Source: Utricularia gibba
Taxonomy: Eukaryota; Plantae; Magnoliophyta
Length of the DNA stretch: 64,000 bases
NCBI GenBank assembly: GCA_002189035.1
Contig: NEEC01000009.1
Span: forward strand, 2,294,001-2,358,000
Direction: 5' to 3'
The notes under the pieces are model-generated. The model searched no databases. It worked only from the letters and a program-made list of their open reading frames with translations, and had not been told where the DNA came from. Positions 25,101 through 37,222 of this stretch are shown piece after piece. Within the stretch, counting starts at the first letter, position 1. Every line of letters starts with the position of its first letter. Made by a program: the position numbers and the translations under genes.

Positions 25101-27654
25101 TTAGACCATCTCAGGAGTGTAGTCCATCTTATTCTCCTGCTTCTCCGCTTGCACCACCAAGACTGAAGAGACGATCCCCTTCCCCGATGCGGCTAACAAG
25201 TCTCCGGCAGCGCCGAGTGAAGATTCCGTTTCTGATGTCCCTTTTCCCACAACTATCAAACTGTAAGCGCCGCTCTTCCCGACGCCCACAATTTCCTCTG
25301 AAACATCCGCCCCTGTTTTCTCCACAATCTCCCCTGTTTCTCCGCATCGCATTTCAAACTCCCTTATTGAATTCTCATCTTGCTCTTGGTTTGCGCTGTC
25401 GCTTGCTTTCTGTTTCAATCGGATGACGGTGACTTTTACGGCCGCCTTCTTTGCCATCCTTGTTGCAATTTCCAGGGCTTTCCGATCATCCGCCCCACCG
25501 GAGAACAGCACGCAGATGTTTTGGACATCTGTAGGTTCCTCGAGACTGCGACGATCGACGAGGACGCCGACGGCGGTTTTAGTCTCCTGCAAGACAAGTT
25601 GATTCACGTCTCCCCAGCCGTGTGCCACGATCTCCTCCTCTTCGCTCCTCCATTTCTTGTGGAAGGGGAGTAAGACCAAGGACACATTGTTCTCGTTCAC
25701 CACACGACAAATGTCCTCGTGCATTGTGGCTAATGGCGACACCGCCGTCACCAGCATCGTCCTCGCCCTCCCCACTTTGCCGTACACCTCGAACGCGGTG
25801 GCGACATTGCTGCGGGGATCGACAGAGCGCCCAGCCAATCGGCGTATCAGGGGGATTCCGTTTCTCCTCCATCGCTGGAATTTGATGATCGAGGACGAGA
25901 GATCAGTGAGCTGCGTCAAGTGCATTATGAAGAGATTCATTCGTGAGGATTTTTCTGTGGGACGAGTCAGCTCGATGAGATTGATCATTGCCGGCACGTC
26001 TTCCGGTCCGTGAACGCAGGCGAGAACCGCCTGTTTGTCTGTTTTTGTCGACGGCAGCGACGGTTTCGCGTCTAGGTCGTCGGCAGGGGAAGGCCTGTAG
26101 ATCGCCATCACTGTGGGCGTTGTGAGGAATGTGGTGAAGATCGCCATGATCACGAGTATAGTGAAGGCTTCATCTCCGATGACCTGGTCATAGAATATTC
26201 CGTTAACATCCCTTCCGATAGGTTTAAAATTGGAATACCAAAAGACTAACCTGCGCCTCTCTGCCGATGTTGAGAACAATCAGCTCAACCAATCCTTTGG
26301 TATTCATCAAGAAACCGAGCGTCAGCGATTCCCTCGCCGGAATCCTGCAAAGCATCGAGACGGCAAAGGTTCCCAGTATTTTACCGGTGCACGCCGCCGC
26401 GATCGCGAGCACCAGAAGCTCGACATCTTGGCTGCTGCTGATCCTCGACACATCGGTTTTCAGTCCACTGGAAGCGAAGTACAATGGGAGTAGAAGGCCG
26501 GAGACGAAGTCTTCGATCTTCTCCGTTAGTTTGGTAGCAAAGTCGCCGTCTTTCGGGATCGTTAGCCCGAAAACAAAAGCACCGAAGATGGAGTGGATTC
26601 CGATCATATCCGTCATGAATCCGGACGCTAGAACTCCGGCTAGAGTCAAGCAGATGTAGGCCTCCTCTGCAACCGTGTACTCCGATGAGCACTTCCGGCC
26701 CACCCACCTCATTGCCGGCTTGACTGCCACCATCATGAAAACCACGAACCCGACGCCGGAGAGGAGGATCCACGCCGGAGTTGCCGGACTTTTCTTTGGG
26801 CCATCACCACCGTCCCCTACAAAGTAAACAAATAAAATATAAAATAATGAAACTATTTTATTATGTTTAAAGAAGCTGTTTGACTTCGCGCATGTAGCAA
26901 TTAAAACAGGGGAGAAAGTATTCACCAGCAAGAGCCACGACGACGGCCAGGAAAACCCAAGCAGCGACGTCGTTTAGGGCGGCTGCGGCCATAGCGGTTT
27001 CTCCGATGCGGGTCGTGAGGAGCTTGAGCTCGGCGAGGATGCGAGCCAGAACAGGAAAGGCGGTGATCGAAATCGCCACTCCCATGAAGATCGTGTAATT
27101 CGCATAGCTAGCCGATGTGCCGCTATCCACCGTTTTATGCAGTACGGCAGCCAGAGCAGCCCCACACCCAAAGGTAGTCGCGATTCCCGTGACCCCAATG
27201 GCGGCGGCGCGACGGCCACTCCGCCGTATCGATGTCAAATCGAGCTCGATTCCGACGAGAAAGAGGAAGAACACCAGCCCCAGATTGGCCACCGATCCAA
27301 GAATGGGACTACTCCAACTCGGAAAAATCACCTTCATGTACTCCTGGTTACGTCCCAAAGCCGACGGTCCGAGCAAAACCCCACCCTAGAAATCCAACAA
27401 AAAAAATGAATCTACATGATCCCCGAAACGTGTTAAAGAAAGGAGTTAAACTGAGATTCGAGTTGCAAACGTACCAGTATTTCTGCAACGACCCTGGGCT
27501 GACGAAGGGGCTTGAAGATGAAGGCCAAGGTTCTAGTAACAGCAAGAATGAGAATGGTTTGGATGATGAGCAAAGGAAATGCACAATGCAAAGGGTTATC
27601 CCCAAGCCAAACTCCACTAGAGGAGATTTCAATGGAGGTTATGTTCACAGCCAT
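25101..27654 (-). CDS. CHX20: Cation/H+ exchanger (CPA2 family, CHX20-like), 4 exons
   Basis: MAVNITSIEISSSGVWLGDNPL..FKPLRQPRVVAEI|GGVLLGPSALG..ITAFPVLARILAELKLLTT..GIHSIFGAFVFG..GFLMNTKGLVELIVLNIG, followed by a USP-like tail. Exons end or begin at 26926, 26816-26251 and 26183. Confidence 0.9.
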
Positions 27655-30403
27655 CTGATCCTTTTTTCCTTTTCTTTTGAAGAGTAAGAATCAGATGATT
27701 CCTCACTGTGTAGCTGTTGCTCTGGTTGCTGTGCTTGGATCAGGAAGGGAACAAGATGCATTATTTATAGGGTTTCAATCCACCCCTTCAGCATATGCTC
27801 TTCATTTAATCCAAATCTCCCAAATGGGCAATATGCTCCTGATTCTTTTCCCATATTACAATAATGAAACAGTAGGTCAAAAGTTCACATAAATCCCTAC
27901 ACAGCTTAGGGACGATACAGTACTGTCCGCCCTAATTCCGAACAGCCATCTACCCGAAACCAGTGCCAGTGGTAGCCCAAACTTCCGATCTTGTTCATGG
28001 TTGGGTTCGATAAATCTGAGTTATGTGCATTGGGGATCATCTTCAATAGGGTTTCGATGAATTGCTGAGTGGCATCATCTTCGGGTGCCCATTTCGATTA
28101 TCGGGTTCCTCGATTGGAAAGATTGAAGCAGGAAGAAGCAGTGAACAGTGAGGAAATGGGGGCCATTTAGTTATCCAAAGAATTCATCTTTTTTGCCTTG
28201 AAAATGTGCTATGACTTTGGAGACCGATTGAATGTTAGAAAACGACGGTTACAATCTCATCCAAGTAGTATCATCCTAGTGGCTTGAAAAACCAGGCTAA
28301 CTATCAAACTAGCCTCAAAAGTCAACCAACTCCCACCATCATTGTAATAACACACCAAAGGGAAAAAAAAATCCCCCTTTATTCAATTGTAGGCCTCTAG
28401 TTCCTTTTAATTTTGCCCTAATTTTAGACATTAGATACAAGCACCCAAGAAAGTTCACAAAACACCAATGACGCAAAAAACACGAAAGAAAATACAACAA
28501 AATACGTTGAAATGTTGCACAAGATACTCCATGACTGCTCAAAGTTAATGAAATAAGTGGGTATGAATCCAATCTTACCAAATTCGAGTTCAACAATACT
28601 ATACTTAATTAAGAAACTCGTATATTTGCATGTAAAAATACGTATTTTACGAAATATCGAACCAAATAACTCGATTCGGATCCAAATGTTTGTTGTAAAT
28701 ATGGTTCATACTAACAAGTGAAGTTGTTTGGTAGTCCTATTTGTTGGTGGCTCCAAGGTCAAAGCTTGTTTTTTTCCCATCAAGTTGCCCATGAGATGCA
28801 ATGGATATGATCCCTGGAATTAATCAATTCTACACCAACATGTACATAGATGTAGCTCTAGAAACACTTCTTTGCATAACATTTTCATATTATACCAAGG
28901 ATTCGTTTTATAGACGGACTTAATTGCGACAATTATTGAATTACACACAAGTCCAAGCCCTACCATACCCTCTCCCCAAAAATTATTCATTATTGAAAAT
29001 ATAATTTATTAAGTATAAATTATCAAGATATTTGATAATTTAAATTGGGATAAATGTATAACTAATTTTTTTAATCAAAATTAAAAATATATTATTTTTT
29101 ATCTTTAAAAAAAAGGCATGTGATCCGGGGATTAGATTAATTGCGGGAGACAAAGGAGCAGGTAGGTGAAACGAAGTCAATTAAGATGATTAATTAAGCG
29201 GTAATTAGTAATCATAATCCCAACACAATCATGATCAATGCATTTTTCAACCAACTTGCTACAAGCATCACTTTCTTCCTCCCTTCTGGCTTTAATGCTT
29301 CTTCAAGTGGGGGTGATTGCCCCCTTTTTTTCATTAGCAAAAATATCTGCATTAGTATCATATTTGTTTAAAAATCTCGATCATAAAGGGAATTATCATA
29401 AACTTTATAATTACTATAACTTGCATCAAATACAATCGTGTGATGCATATTCATGGGTACCAAGAATCATGGATCGTTGGTGGTACGAATACGCATGAGG
29501 TTTCGGAATCAAAACCGTACGGTTTCGGATCGATTTTAATCGTGGAATGGATGGATTATGTGTGTAGTATGGTGTTTTTCTATTGTATTCGAATTCTTCT
29601 GATGATTTAGATTTGAAGGAGCATGACCACATGAGATAGAGTATAGTTTCAGCACAATCTTAGGATGTTGAGTTTGAAAAAATCAATATTTATTAGTGTT
29701 ATGTGTAATTATATTAATATTAAATAATAAATATATAATATTAATAAAGTCACGAACCAGGGGATTATAATAATATTGGGTCAAAAATTGATCTGACGAG
29801 GGAGGTTACGGGTTGGGCCGGCCCATATTCACCACCTCATGTGAATGACGATTTTGAAAAAATGAAGTGATTTTCTATCTTTTGTTTTGGAAAAAAAATT
29901 ATAATTTGTGATTCACGGGGCTCTTAGGGAGAAGTTGTACTTGAATAAATTCGGGAACTCCGGACGAGGAATTGAGGCGGCTCGGTGCGGGTGGAGTGAT
30001 CGCAGCATTCTGAAGATTCGAAAGTGCATGGTTTCGGTTGTGTTTCAATGGCAGATTCAAGATCAGAGAATTCTCCTGAGCGGGGGATAAAGAACTCACG
30101 TACGTATGCGAAGGATTTATGATGCTGCTTTTGCTTGTTTATAGTTGTCTTGAACCTCGGCATTAGAATATCGGTGATGAATCATTTAGTTTTATGAATC
30201 GCTCGCGGTGGGTTCGATCTGAGCCGAAATGCTTGGTATGTGGTTTTGGAAAGAGAATTGGCAGAGTTGTGTGATCTTCATACGAATGAAACGTGATGAC
30301 ATATGGAAGAAGTTCAGAGTTCATGAGTGTTTGATTGTCTAGATTTATACAAGAGAGTTCTTCTTCATATATGATTGTATTTTTAGGTCCGGGTGTGTGA
30401 ACA

Positions 30404-30610
30404 ATGGTGAAGCTTACTATGATTGCGAGCATTACGGATGCCCTAGCGCTAGTCGAGGGACTGTCTGATGGCCGTGATGTTCCTGATGCTGAATTTTATA
30501 AGCATCAAGCTAAGTCTTTGTTTAAGAGGCTGTCTGTGGGGCAGAATGAGCCATCAAGAATGTCGATCGAAACAGGACCTTGCATGTTTCAGTATTCTAA
30601 GGTACAGTAG
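30404..30610 (+). pseudogene. SEC22: SEC22-like R-SNARE fragment: first coding exon (half a longin domain) only
   Basis: MVKLTMIASITDALALVEGLSDGRDVPDAEFYKHQAKSLFKRLSVGQNEPSRMSIETGPCMF matches the plant SEC22 N-terminus. No downstream SEC22 exons were found before the Dof gene. Confidence 0.75.
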
Positions 30611-30969
30611 ATGGGTTTATTACATTGTGGATCACTCATATTATAAATGACGTTTATTACATTCCTTCCGATCCCCATCTTTGGCAGTTTGTATCATGAA
30701 TATTGAAGTGGATGAGAAGAACACTTAAGGAGCAAGGAAGCGGCAGCAGGCCTTGGAAGCCTTGGGAAAAGCTCAGACAGAGTGGGAACATATCAGTATC
30801 TCATTTGTGCATGTCTATAAATACAGAAAGCATAAAGCAGTCTCCCTTGCTTTATCTCTCTGGTTCCATATTCCCATCTCCACTTTTCTCTGCCCCTTCG
30901 ATTCTCCACTACAATCTCAAAGAACCATATGATCTTTTACAAAGCACAGAATTTCTTTGGATCCAAGCC

Positions 30970-32081
30970 ATGATTTTTTCTTCTCTGCCTGCTTATCTTG
31001 ATACTACATCAAATTGGAACCAGGTTAGGGTTTCTGCTTTTGCTTTCCTTTTTTTTTTGTGTGTGTGATCTTCCATGGCTAAAGCAGGACTTTCAAAAAG
31101 ATAAAGAAGATATTCCTTCTTTCTCTTTATCTTTTATCTGTTGTTGTTTTGATTTCTTGAGCTTCAGAGTCACCAGGTTATTGGAAGTAGCAGTGGAAAC
31201 AGCAGTTTGATCCCTTCTCTGCAAGCTTCCCAGCCACATGGCGGTGGTGGCGCGGCGGTTGTCCGGTCGGGATCTATGGTGGAGCGTGCCCGTCTCGCTA
31301 ATATTCCGATGCCCGAATCGGCTCTCCGGTGCCCTCGGTGCGACTCCACCAACACCAAGTTTTGCTACTTCAATAATTACAGCCTTTCTCAGCCTCGCCA
31401 CTTCTGCAAGTCTTGCCGAAGGTATTGTTGGAATATTTTCCAGGGAGTGTTCCAATAAAATAATCATAGTGTTCAAACAGGTATTGGACCAAGGGCGGCG
31501 CGTTGAGGAACGTGCCGGTAGGAGGCGGTTGTCGAAGAAACAAAAGAAGCAAGACAAACGCCTCCAGGGCTCAGACAAGAAGTGAACGCCCAAACACAGC
31601 CACCGCTTCCGGATCTCTTCCTGCTAACACCACCGGCGGTGGCGGCAACGGTGGCTTGACACCCCAACTGCCCCCTCTACGCTTTATCCCGCAACTATCG
31701 GAAAACTTCAACACCGCTCACGAAATGGTGGGAAGCGATCTGCTCAACGGTGGCTCACTGGCGCCACTCTTCTCATGCAGCGACGGTAGCCTCGAGCAGT
31801 GGCGGTTTCACCAAGCGCCGCAGCTCAGCTTCATGGATCCATCGCCGGAGTTCCAGCACGGCGAGCCGCCGTTTATCGTGGCCGATATGCTGCAGCCTAC
31901 CAAGCACTCCGAGCGATTCTTCCCTCAAGGCGAATCAGTGAAAACGGAAGAAAACCCTCAAGTGAATCCACCAAGGCAAGCGATGGGAGCAAAGCTACAT
32001 GGAAATGATCATGATTGGAGCAACGCACCCTCTTCATGGACTGAGTTTTGCTCACCCTCTACCACCACCAACCGCATGTAG
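30970..32081 (+). CDS. Dof zinc-finger transcription factor (DOF2.2/3.6/5.1-like); exons 30970-31023, 31168-31421, 31481-32081
   Basis: [62 protein letters not shown]|[22 protein letters not shown]. Continuity of the domain requires removing 31422-31480. Confidence 0.93.
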
Positions 32082-33112
32082 AAAAACCCTAATCATCTTT
32101 AGTCTGGAGACGTGAGAGTGTTCGGAGTTCAATTCTTGCGAGTGTCGTGTGTTTAGGGTTAGTTGGTATGACCGAAAAAACCCTAGTTGCCACTTCATCG
32201 TGTTGCTCTTGTTCTGAAAGTTGAGCTAGGGATGGCTTCTGGGGTGTAATTCCTTTCCATAATGGACGTCAATGGCGTTGCCTGTAGAAGCTCTTGAAAG
32301 TGCTTGTAACCTGCACATGCCATCGCCATTGATCGATCTTGGACATGGGTCTTGTGAAAGTGTTGGGATTCTCTAAGCAAATCGCGTTTGGGGCACTAAA
32401 CAGTTAGAAAGATGAATGGTGCTGTCTCACCCCTTTTTCAAACCCTACTGCAGTGGATCATTACACTTCTATTCCATCGCTAAGGACGCGGGTAACCTTT
32501 GAAAAAAGCAGTGGAGTAATTGGTCCTCTGTTGAGAATCAGGGCGCCTTCTAAAATAAAGCAGCCCATCAGAAAAAGGCACCCACCCATCCAGATCTATC
32601 TCAGTTTACCTTTACTCATATAAACTAGGGTTTCTTTCCTTGGTGTAATCAGGGGAGGAGGATACCGCATCGCTGAATGAGTGAGTAAATGGCCCTAATC
32701 ATTATCATGGAGATTTTCCTGTGAGTTTGCTGGACCCTCCAGGCTTCAGACACCCAATGGAAAAACATGGCGTCCACAGCTTTAAAGGACCACATGCCTA
32801 CCCCACCACAGTATCATTTCCCAATGAATAAAAGCAGTTTCGCTTGTCTGGAATGAAACACCAAATATCATTTCCATATTCAATTTTTCAGGATCCGTAC
32901 GGAAAATTTTTTGGTATAAGATCCACATCCAAACTTTCAAACAATTTCATGTTCAATATTAAATAAATGCCCAAAGCTCAAAAACTCCTTTTTTTTTGTT
33001 TTTGCTTTTTCTTTTTCTTTAGGGTTTGGGATAGACGCACAAGCAATGTTGAGTGTCAGAGATGTGTAGGCATGCATACATGTAACATGCATCTGGTTTG
33101 GGTCCAAAATGA

Positions 33113-36100
33113 CTAGAAGAGAGAAGACTGACGGCCAACTTTGAGGGGAAGCCCGAAGTTCTGGTAAACTCTGATATCACCCTCTAACGTCGCTGTAACT
33201 ATGACCTGTCCCCATGCTGTGGCTTGCACGGTTTGAGTTCCACCGCCATTGTCGAACAAGGACCAGGAGGATGACCAAGACGATGACGGGGAAGCGGCGG
33301 AATTCGAAATCGAAGCCGGGTCGTTGTAATTGAAGGACCCAGAAGATGAACCGAACGAATCGCTCGCCCCGATTCCGGGATCAGTTTTTGCACCATCTTC
33401 GTCGCTGCAGGTGATTGAGCTCTCCGGTAATTGGGTCTGGTTCTGGTTTTTTTTGGGTAGAGGGGGCAAGCTTCTTCTGCCGCTTGTGCCGATTGCGGCT
33501 TCCTGCCTCGGGGATTGGGTCTGCGGTGGGGGGACTGAGCGTTTTGAGTGTCTCTTGGAGTGTATTTCAACTACTGGCGGCTCGTTTCTGGTGCTTCCAG
33601 GCCAGGGGATTGCAATGGATACATCTTTGCACTGGAAATTCTCGTGGGCTTGAACAGTGATTCTGCTTTTCCTTCGTCCAACACTTGGATTTTTGGATTC
33701 CTCCACTTTCCATATGTAGACGTGCGAATCTTCACTTGCACTGATTACATGTTTACCATCTGGAGTAAAAGAAGCCGATATCTGGCTACTTGTGTTGCGG
33801 TACCCTGTTTTTGGAACATATGCATTTGGTGTTAGGGATCACGGGGGTTACAGAACGTTAGAGAACTGAAGTGTATGATGATGTGCACCTCTGTATTTTT
33901 GGATGAGCTCTGTCTCGTTGTATAGGCGGATTCGAGAATCGTTGGAGGTAATAAGAACTTCAGATGGGCTCCATGGAGCAAACTGCTGGATGTAAGCTTT
34001 TAGGAATCTGGAAAACTTTGGCATCCCTGAAAGTCATGAGAAGGAATACCTGAAAGCCAGTAACCTTCTTGGGTTGAGGCTGAGATTGGAATCCTGGAAG
34101 CTTTTTGGATTGTGATCTCCTGATGTGAATATCTTCCGTGTGCTCCAACTTGTTGTCTGTTCGTGCAAGCACTAAGATCACGATTTGCTACATTGCACAC
34201 AGAGGATGAAAAGATATTCACGAAGTCGGTATGTTGGTAGCATTTCGCACCTTCGATGCTGTAGAGTCGACAGACCCCTGGTGAGAACCGATGATAGCAC
34301 CCTTCAAGGTGAAAGAAATAAGATGAGTATTAGTACATGACCTTTTCTTGTTTGCAGCAATACATGTTCTCTGACTACCTGGCCATCTGGAGTGTAGCTT
34401 GCTGCAGTAACCATTTCATGGAGATCTATCCATTCAACGACATGGCGGCCAGGTATGCTCCAGATACGAACTTTTGAATCTAAAGAACCGCTCAAAAAGT
34501 AATCCTCGTCCACTGGACTGAACTGTATGCAAGTTACTGCCATATCATGGGAATGGTTAGCTGCACTTGCCCACAAAATGCTGTGACATGTATGGAAAGG
34601 TGAAGTTAACTGCTATATCACCGTAGCTATTGTGTGCAAACATCTTCAAGCAGCTCTTTGTTTCCACGTCCCACAACCTGACAGTGTTGTCCATTGAAGA
34701 CGAGAGCAGTAGCTGTACACAAGAGCAATCTTACCGTTTGATGCTTAGTCTGAATGCTTCATAGAAATGCTACTGTTCACGTTTTCAGCTGACCTGAGAT
34801 TTTGACCAGCACAGATCCAGGATTTCATCTTGGTGACCTTTTAAGGTGCAGTATGGTTTTTCTGAGAGAGCAAATACTGTCTCTGGAACGTTTACATAAC
34901 TCGGGATCGAGTTTTCCTTTTTCTTACTGTTTTTTCTCCCTTTCTTCTTTTCAGGTGGTGCCGAAGTGATTTCAGCAAGAAGTGGACGATCAGAAGCAAG
35001 TCCGGACATGGAATGCACAGGGGTACCGGCAGCAGAACTGGCATCATCCCTTGTAGCCATAACATCACACTCCTGGACTTCCCACACATGGATCACCGTG
35101 TCTTCACCTGCGCTTGCTAGTGACCGTCCATCTGTACTGAATCTAACTGCCCAAATCGATCCATCGTGAGCCTGAATTTCTTGAGACATGTACAATGCTG
35201 TGAATTCCTTATAAGATTTGCCATGTTGGTGTGCTCGTATCCAGGGTGATGGTGATGACTTGTGCCTCTGCTCTTCTTGTGGGGCGCTGTGCTCTTGCTC
35301 CTTGTTTAATCCACTCACTGACGTTGCTACTTCCTTGATATTCTTCAGGATTGCAGCCCCTCTTCTTTTACTGTTTCTGAAACTCTTTGAGAAATTCGGG
35401 AACTTTTTGCTGTCACAGTTGGAATCCATGGCTCCCCTGTCCTGCCGGCACATCAACTCCTTTACTGCCGGCGAATACCCGACGGACTTCTCGAACTCCT
35501 CCACAGTAAGTTGCTTCCCTGTCTGAACATCATTAAGCTTCTTCCACAACCCCTGTTCATTATACTCTTTAACTACAAAGTCTTTTCCTGTGTCAAGATT
35601 CTTTATCAAGAATAACGAAGCAAATCTTGCATCTGTGGCCAGAGCTTGCAACATGTTATTCGGATATGATCTTGTTTTTGAGGCATCACAGTCCGCGTAT
35701 CGAAGCACCCCGAAAGTCGGAAGCACCAACCCTGATGACGTCCTGGTAAGCCTATGCTTCGGCTCCTGGCCTATCAACTCCTCTTCCCTTTGCTTGGTTT
35801 TCACAGAAAAGACGTAAATGTCTCCCTCTGATCTTGATCTCACCAGCACGATCGCTGTCCTTTGCGAAGACGAAAGCGGAGAAGGAGTCGATGGTCCGTC
35901 TCTTGTCATCCCATCCGTTTTAGTGTGTACGCCTGGAGAGGGCGAAGAGAACGAAGAAGAAGCAACCTCTGCCTTCTGCTTGGGACTAGAAGCAGAAGCA
36001 GAGGCTGAGACAGTAGCCTTTTCTTCTTGAGGGGTAACAGCAACATTGCTGCCGGTACGAGGCTTTGCGACCGGTCCAACGATCTTCGAACTGACGAGCC

Positions 36101-36442
36101 TTAACATGTCCTTACTGCTGGCTAATCCATGCCCTGCAGGAGACGTTTCCGACGCTCCCTGACGTCCCCGGGCTCCTGCATCCACATGTCGTAGCCGGTT
36201 CCGCCGGAAACGGAGGAAGGCTTGTTGGCGCGAATGCTCTTGATGGTGGCGGAGGAGATTGTGGAGGCGAACGACATGCGACTGTCCTGGAAACCTTCAT
36301 CTTCTTCGTCGGATCCGGAAGACCCTAATTCGAGAGGATCGAAGGACGATATTCTTCCCTGGGAGTCGAAGAACCGGTCGTCGTCGTCTTCGTCGTCGCC
36401 GCCTAGGCCATCCCATGTCATCGTCAACGTCCTCCGACTCAT
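33113..36442 (-). CDS. WD40-repeat protein (WDR44-like), with two apparent 1-nt frameshifts (about 36127 and 34276)
   Basis: YDMWMQEPGDVRERRKRLLQGM, FLIKNLDTGKDFVV, QEIQAHDGSIWAVRFSTDGRSLASAGED, GHQDEILDLCWSK, LLLSSSMDNTVRLW, VTCIQFSPVDEDYFLSGSLDSKVRIW, VYQNFGLP. Confidence 0.9.
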
Positions 36443-36847
36443 CGCGCCGGATTTCATGATGCACAAAGTGTAACAAGGAGAGACGGCGAGGAAGGATTTT
36501 GGTGAAAAAGGACGGGGGAGGAAGGGAGGAAAACCAGGGACGTGAAATGCGAAACAGCAGTTCGTTTTGGAAGAAAAGGAGGGAGGGCGGGCATCTCAAA
36601 GCAGTTATGCAGTTATTTTTGCTTTTTTTTGAAGAAAAAAATTAACATATACTAATTTCTTTTAAATACTTCGCTAATGACTATCAGCATGATTCAAACT
36701 GTAATAATTAAAATAAATTGAAGTGTAATTTTAATATTTTAAGAAGGCAAAAAAAGGAGCTAAATTTCTCTTCAACTGACTGACCACGTGGAAGCTTGGC
36801 GGCGTTGAAATCAAAGCTCCTTCGATCCGCTAGTTCCAATTCAAGTG

Positions 36848-37222
36848 TCAAGAAATCAGATCCGCCGGAATGTCATCGAATTGAAGTCTCCGCCGGCATC
36901 GGGGAGATCCGGCGGTCTCTAATCTCAACCGTGTCCTCGCGAGTTTCTTCGGTCGCGGTGCCGGCGGGCAAGTTAGGATCGCCGGGATTTTGCAGTCGGA
37001 TCGAATCGGTGTTCCGAATCCGCCGTCTTCACAGAGAGTGCAACATGAAGAATCCGTTGAGTCGTCTTCAGAGGTATTCCGCTTTTTCTCCTGGCGACGA
37101 TGATTCTCTTCAGAGTCGGATGTGAAATGGACAGTCGATCGCGGCTCGCATTTGAATCCGTCCGCTCTTTGTTTCCCATCGGTTTTCTCGGGGAATTGCT
37201 GTACGCTGGTGTGGCTTGACAT
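36848..37222 (-). CDS. SMR: SIAMESE-RELATED (SMR) CDK inhibitor, intronless
   Basis: SMR motifs GFGTP, KIPAILTCPPAPRPKK and CRRRLQF. Likely start MSSHTSVQQ. Confidence 0.85.
   Translation of the reverse strand: MSSHTSVQQFPEKTDGKQRADGFKCEPRSTVHFTSDSEENHRRQEKKRNTSEDDSTDSSCCTLCEDGGFGTPIRSDCKIPAILTCPPAPRPKKLARTRLRLETAGSPRCRRRLQFDDIPADLIS

Noticed and set aside
27920-28110. Minus-strand stretch KWAPEDDATQQFIETLLKMI resembling a DUF1442 N-terminus
   Set aside because: An in-frame stop lies immediately upstream, there is no start codon or acceptor, and the similarity is weak.
28330-29120. AT-rich intergenic blocks (also 12980-13200, 24700-25080, 58560-58740) as MITE or Helitron remnants
   Set aside because: I could not identify terminal inverted repeats, TSDs or second copies by eye; a repeat-library search is needed.
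30299-30372. Possible miRNA-like hairpin (CATATGGAAGAAG ... TTCTTCTTCATATATG) in the SEC22 5'UTR intron
   Set aside because: Only about 13 low-complexity pairs with a bulge; too short for a pre-miRNA and no match to a conserved miRNA I recall.
18075-36135. Programmed frameshifting or coordinated pseudogenisation to explain the TRM and WD40 frame breaks
   Set aside because: No slippery heptamer or stimulatory structure; all are 1-nt losses in G/C homopolymers in otherwise conserved sequence, which fits assembly error better.
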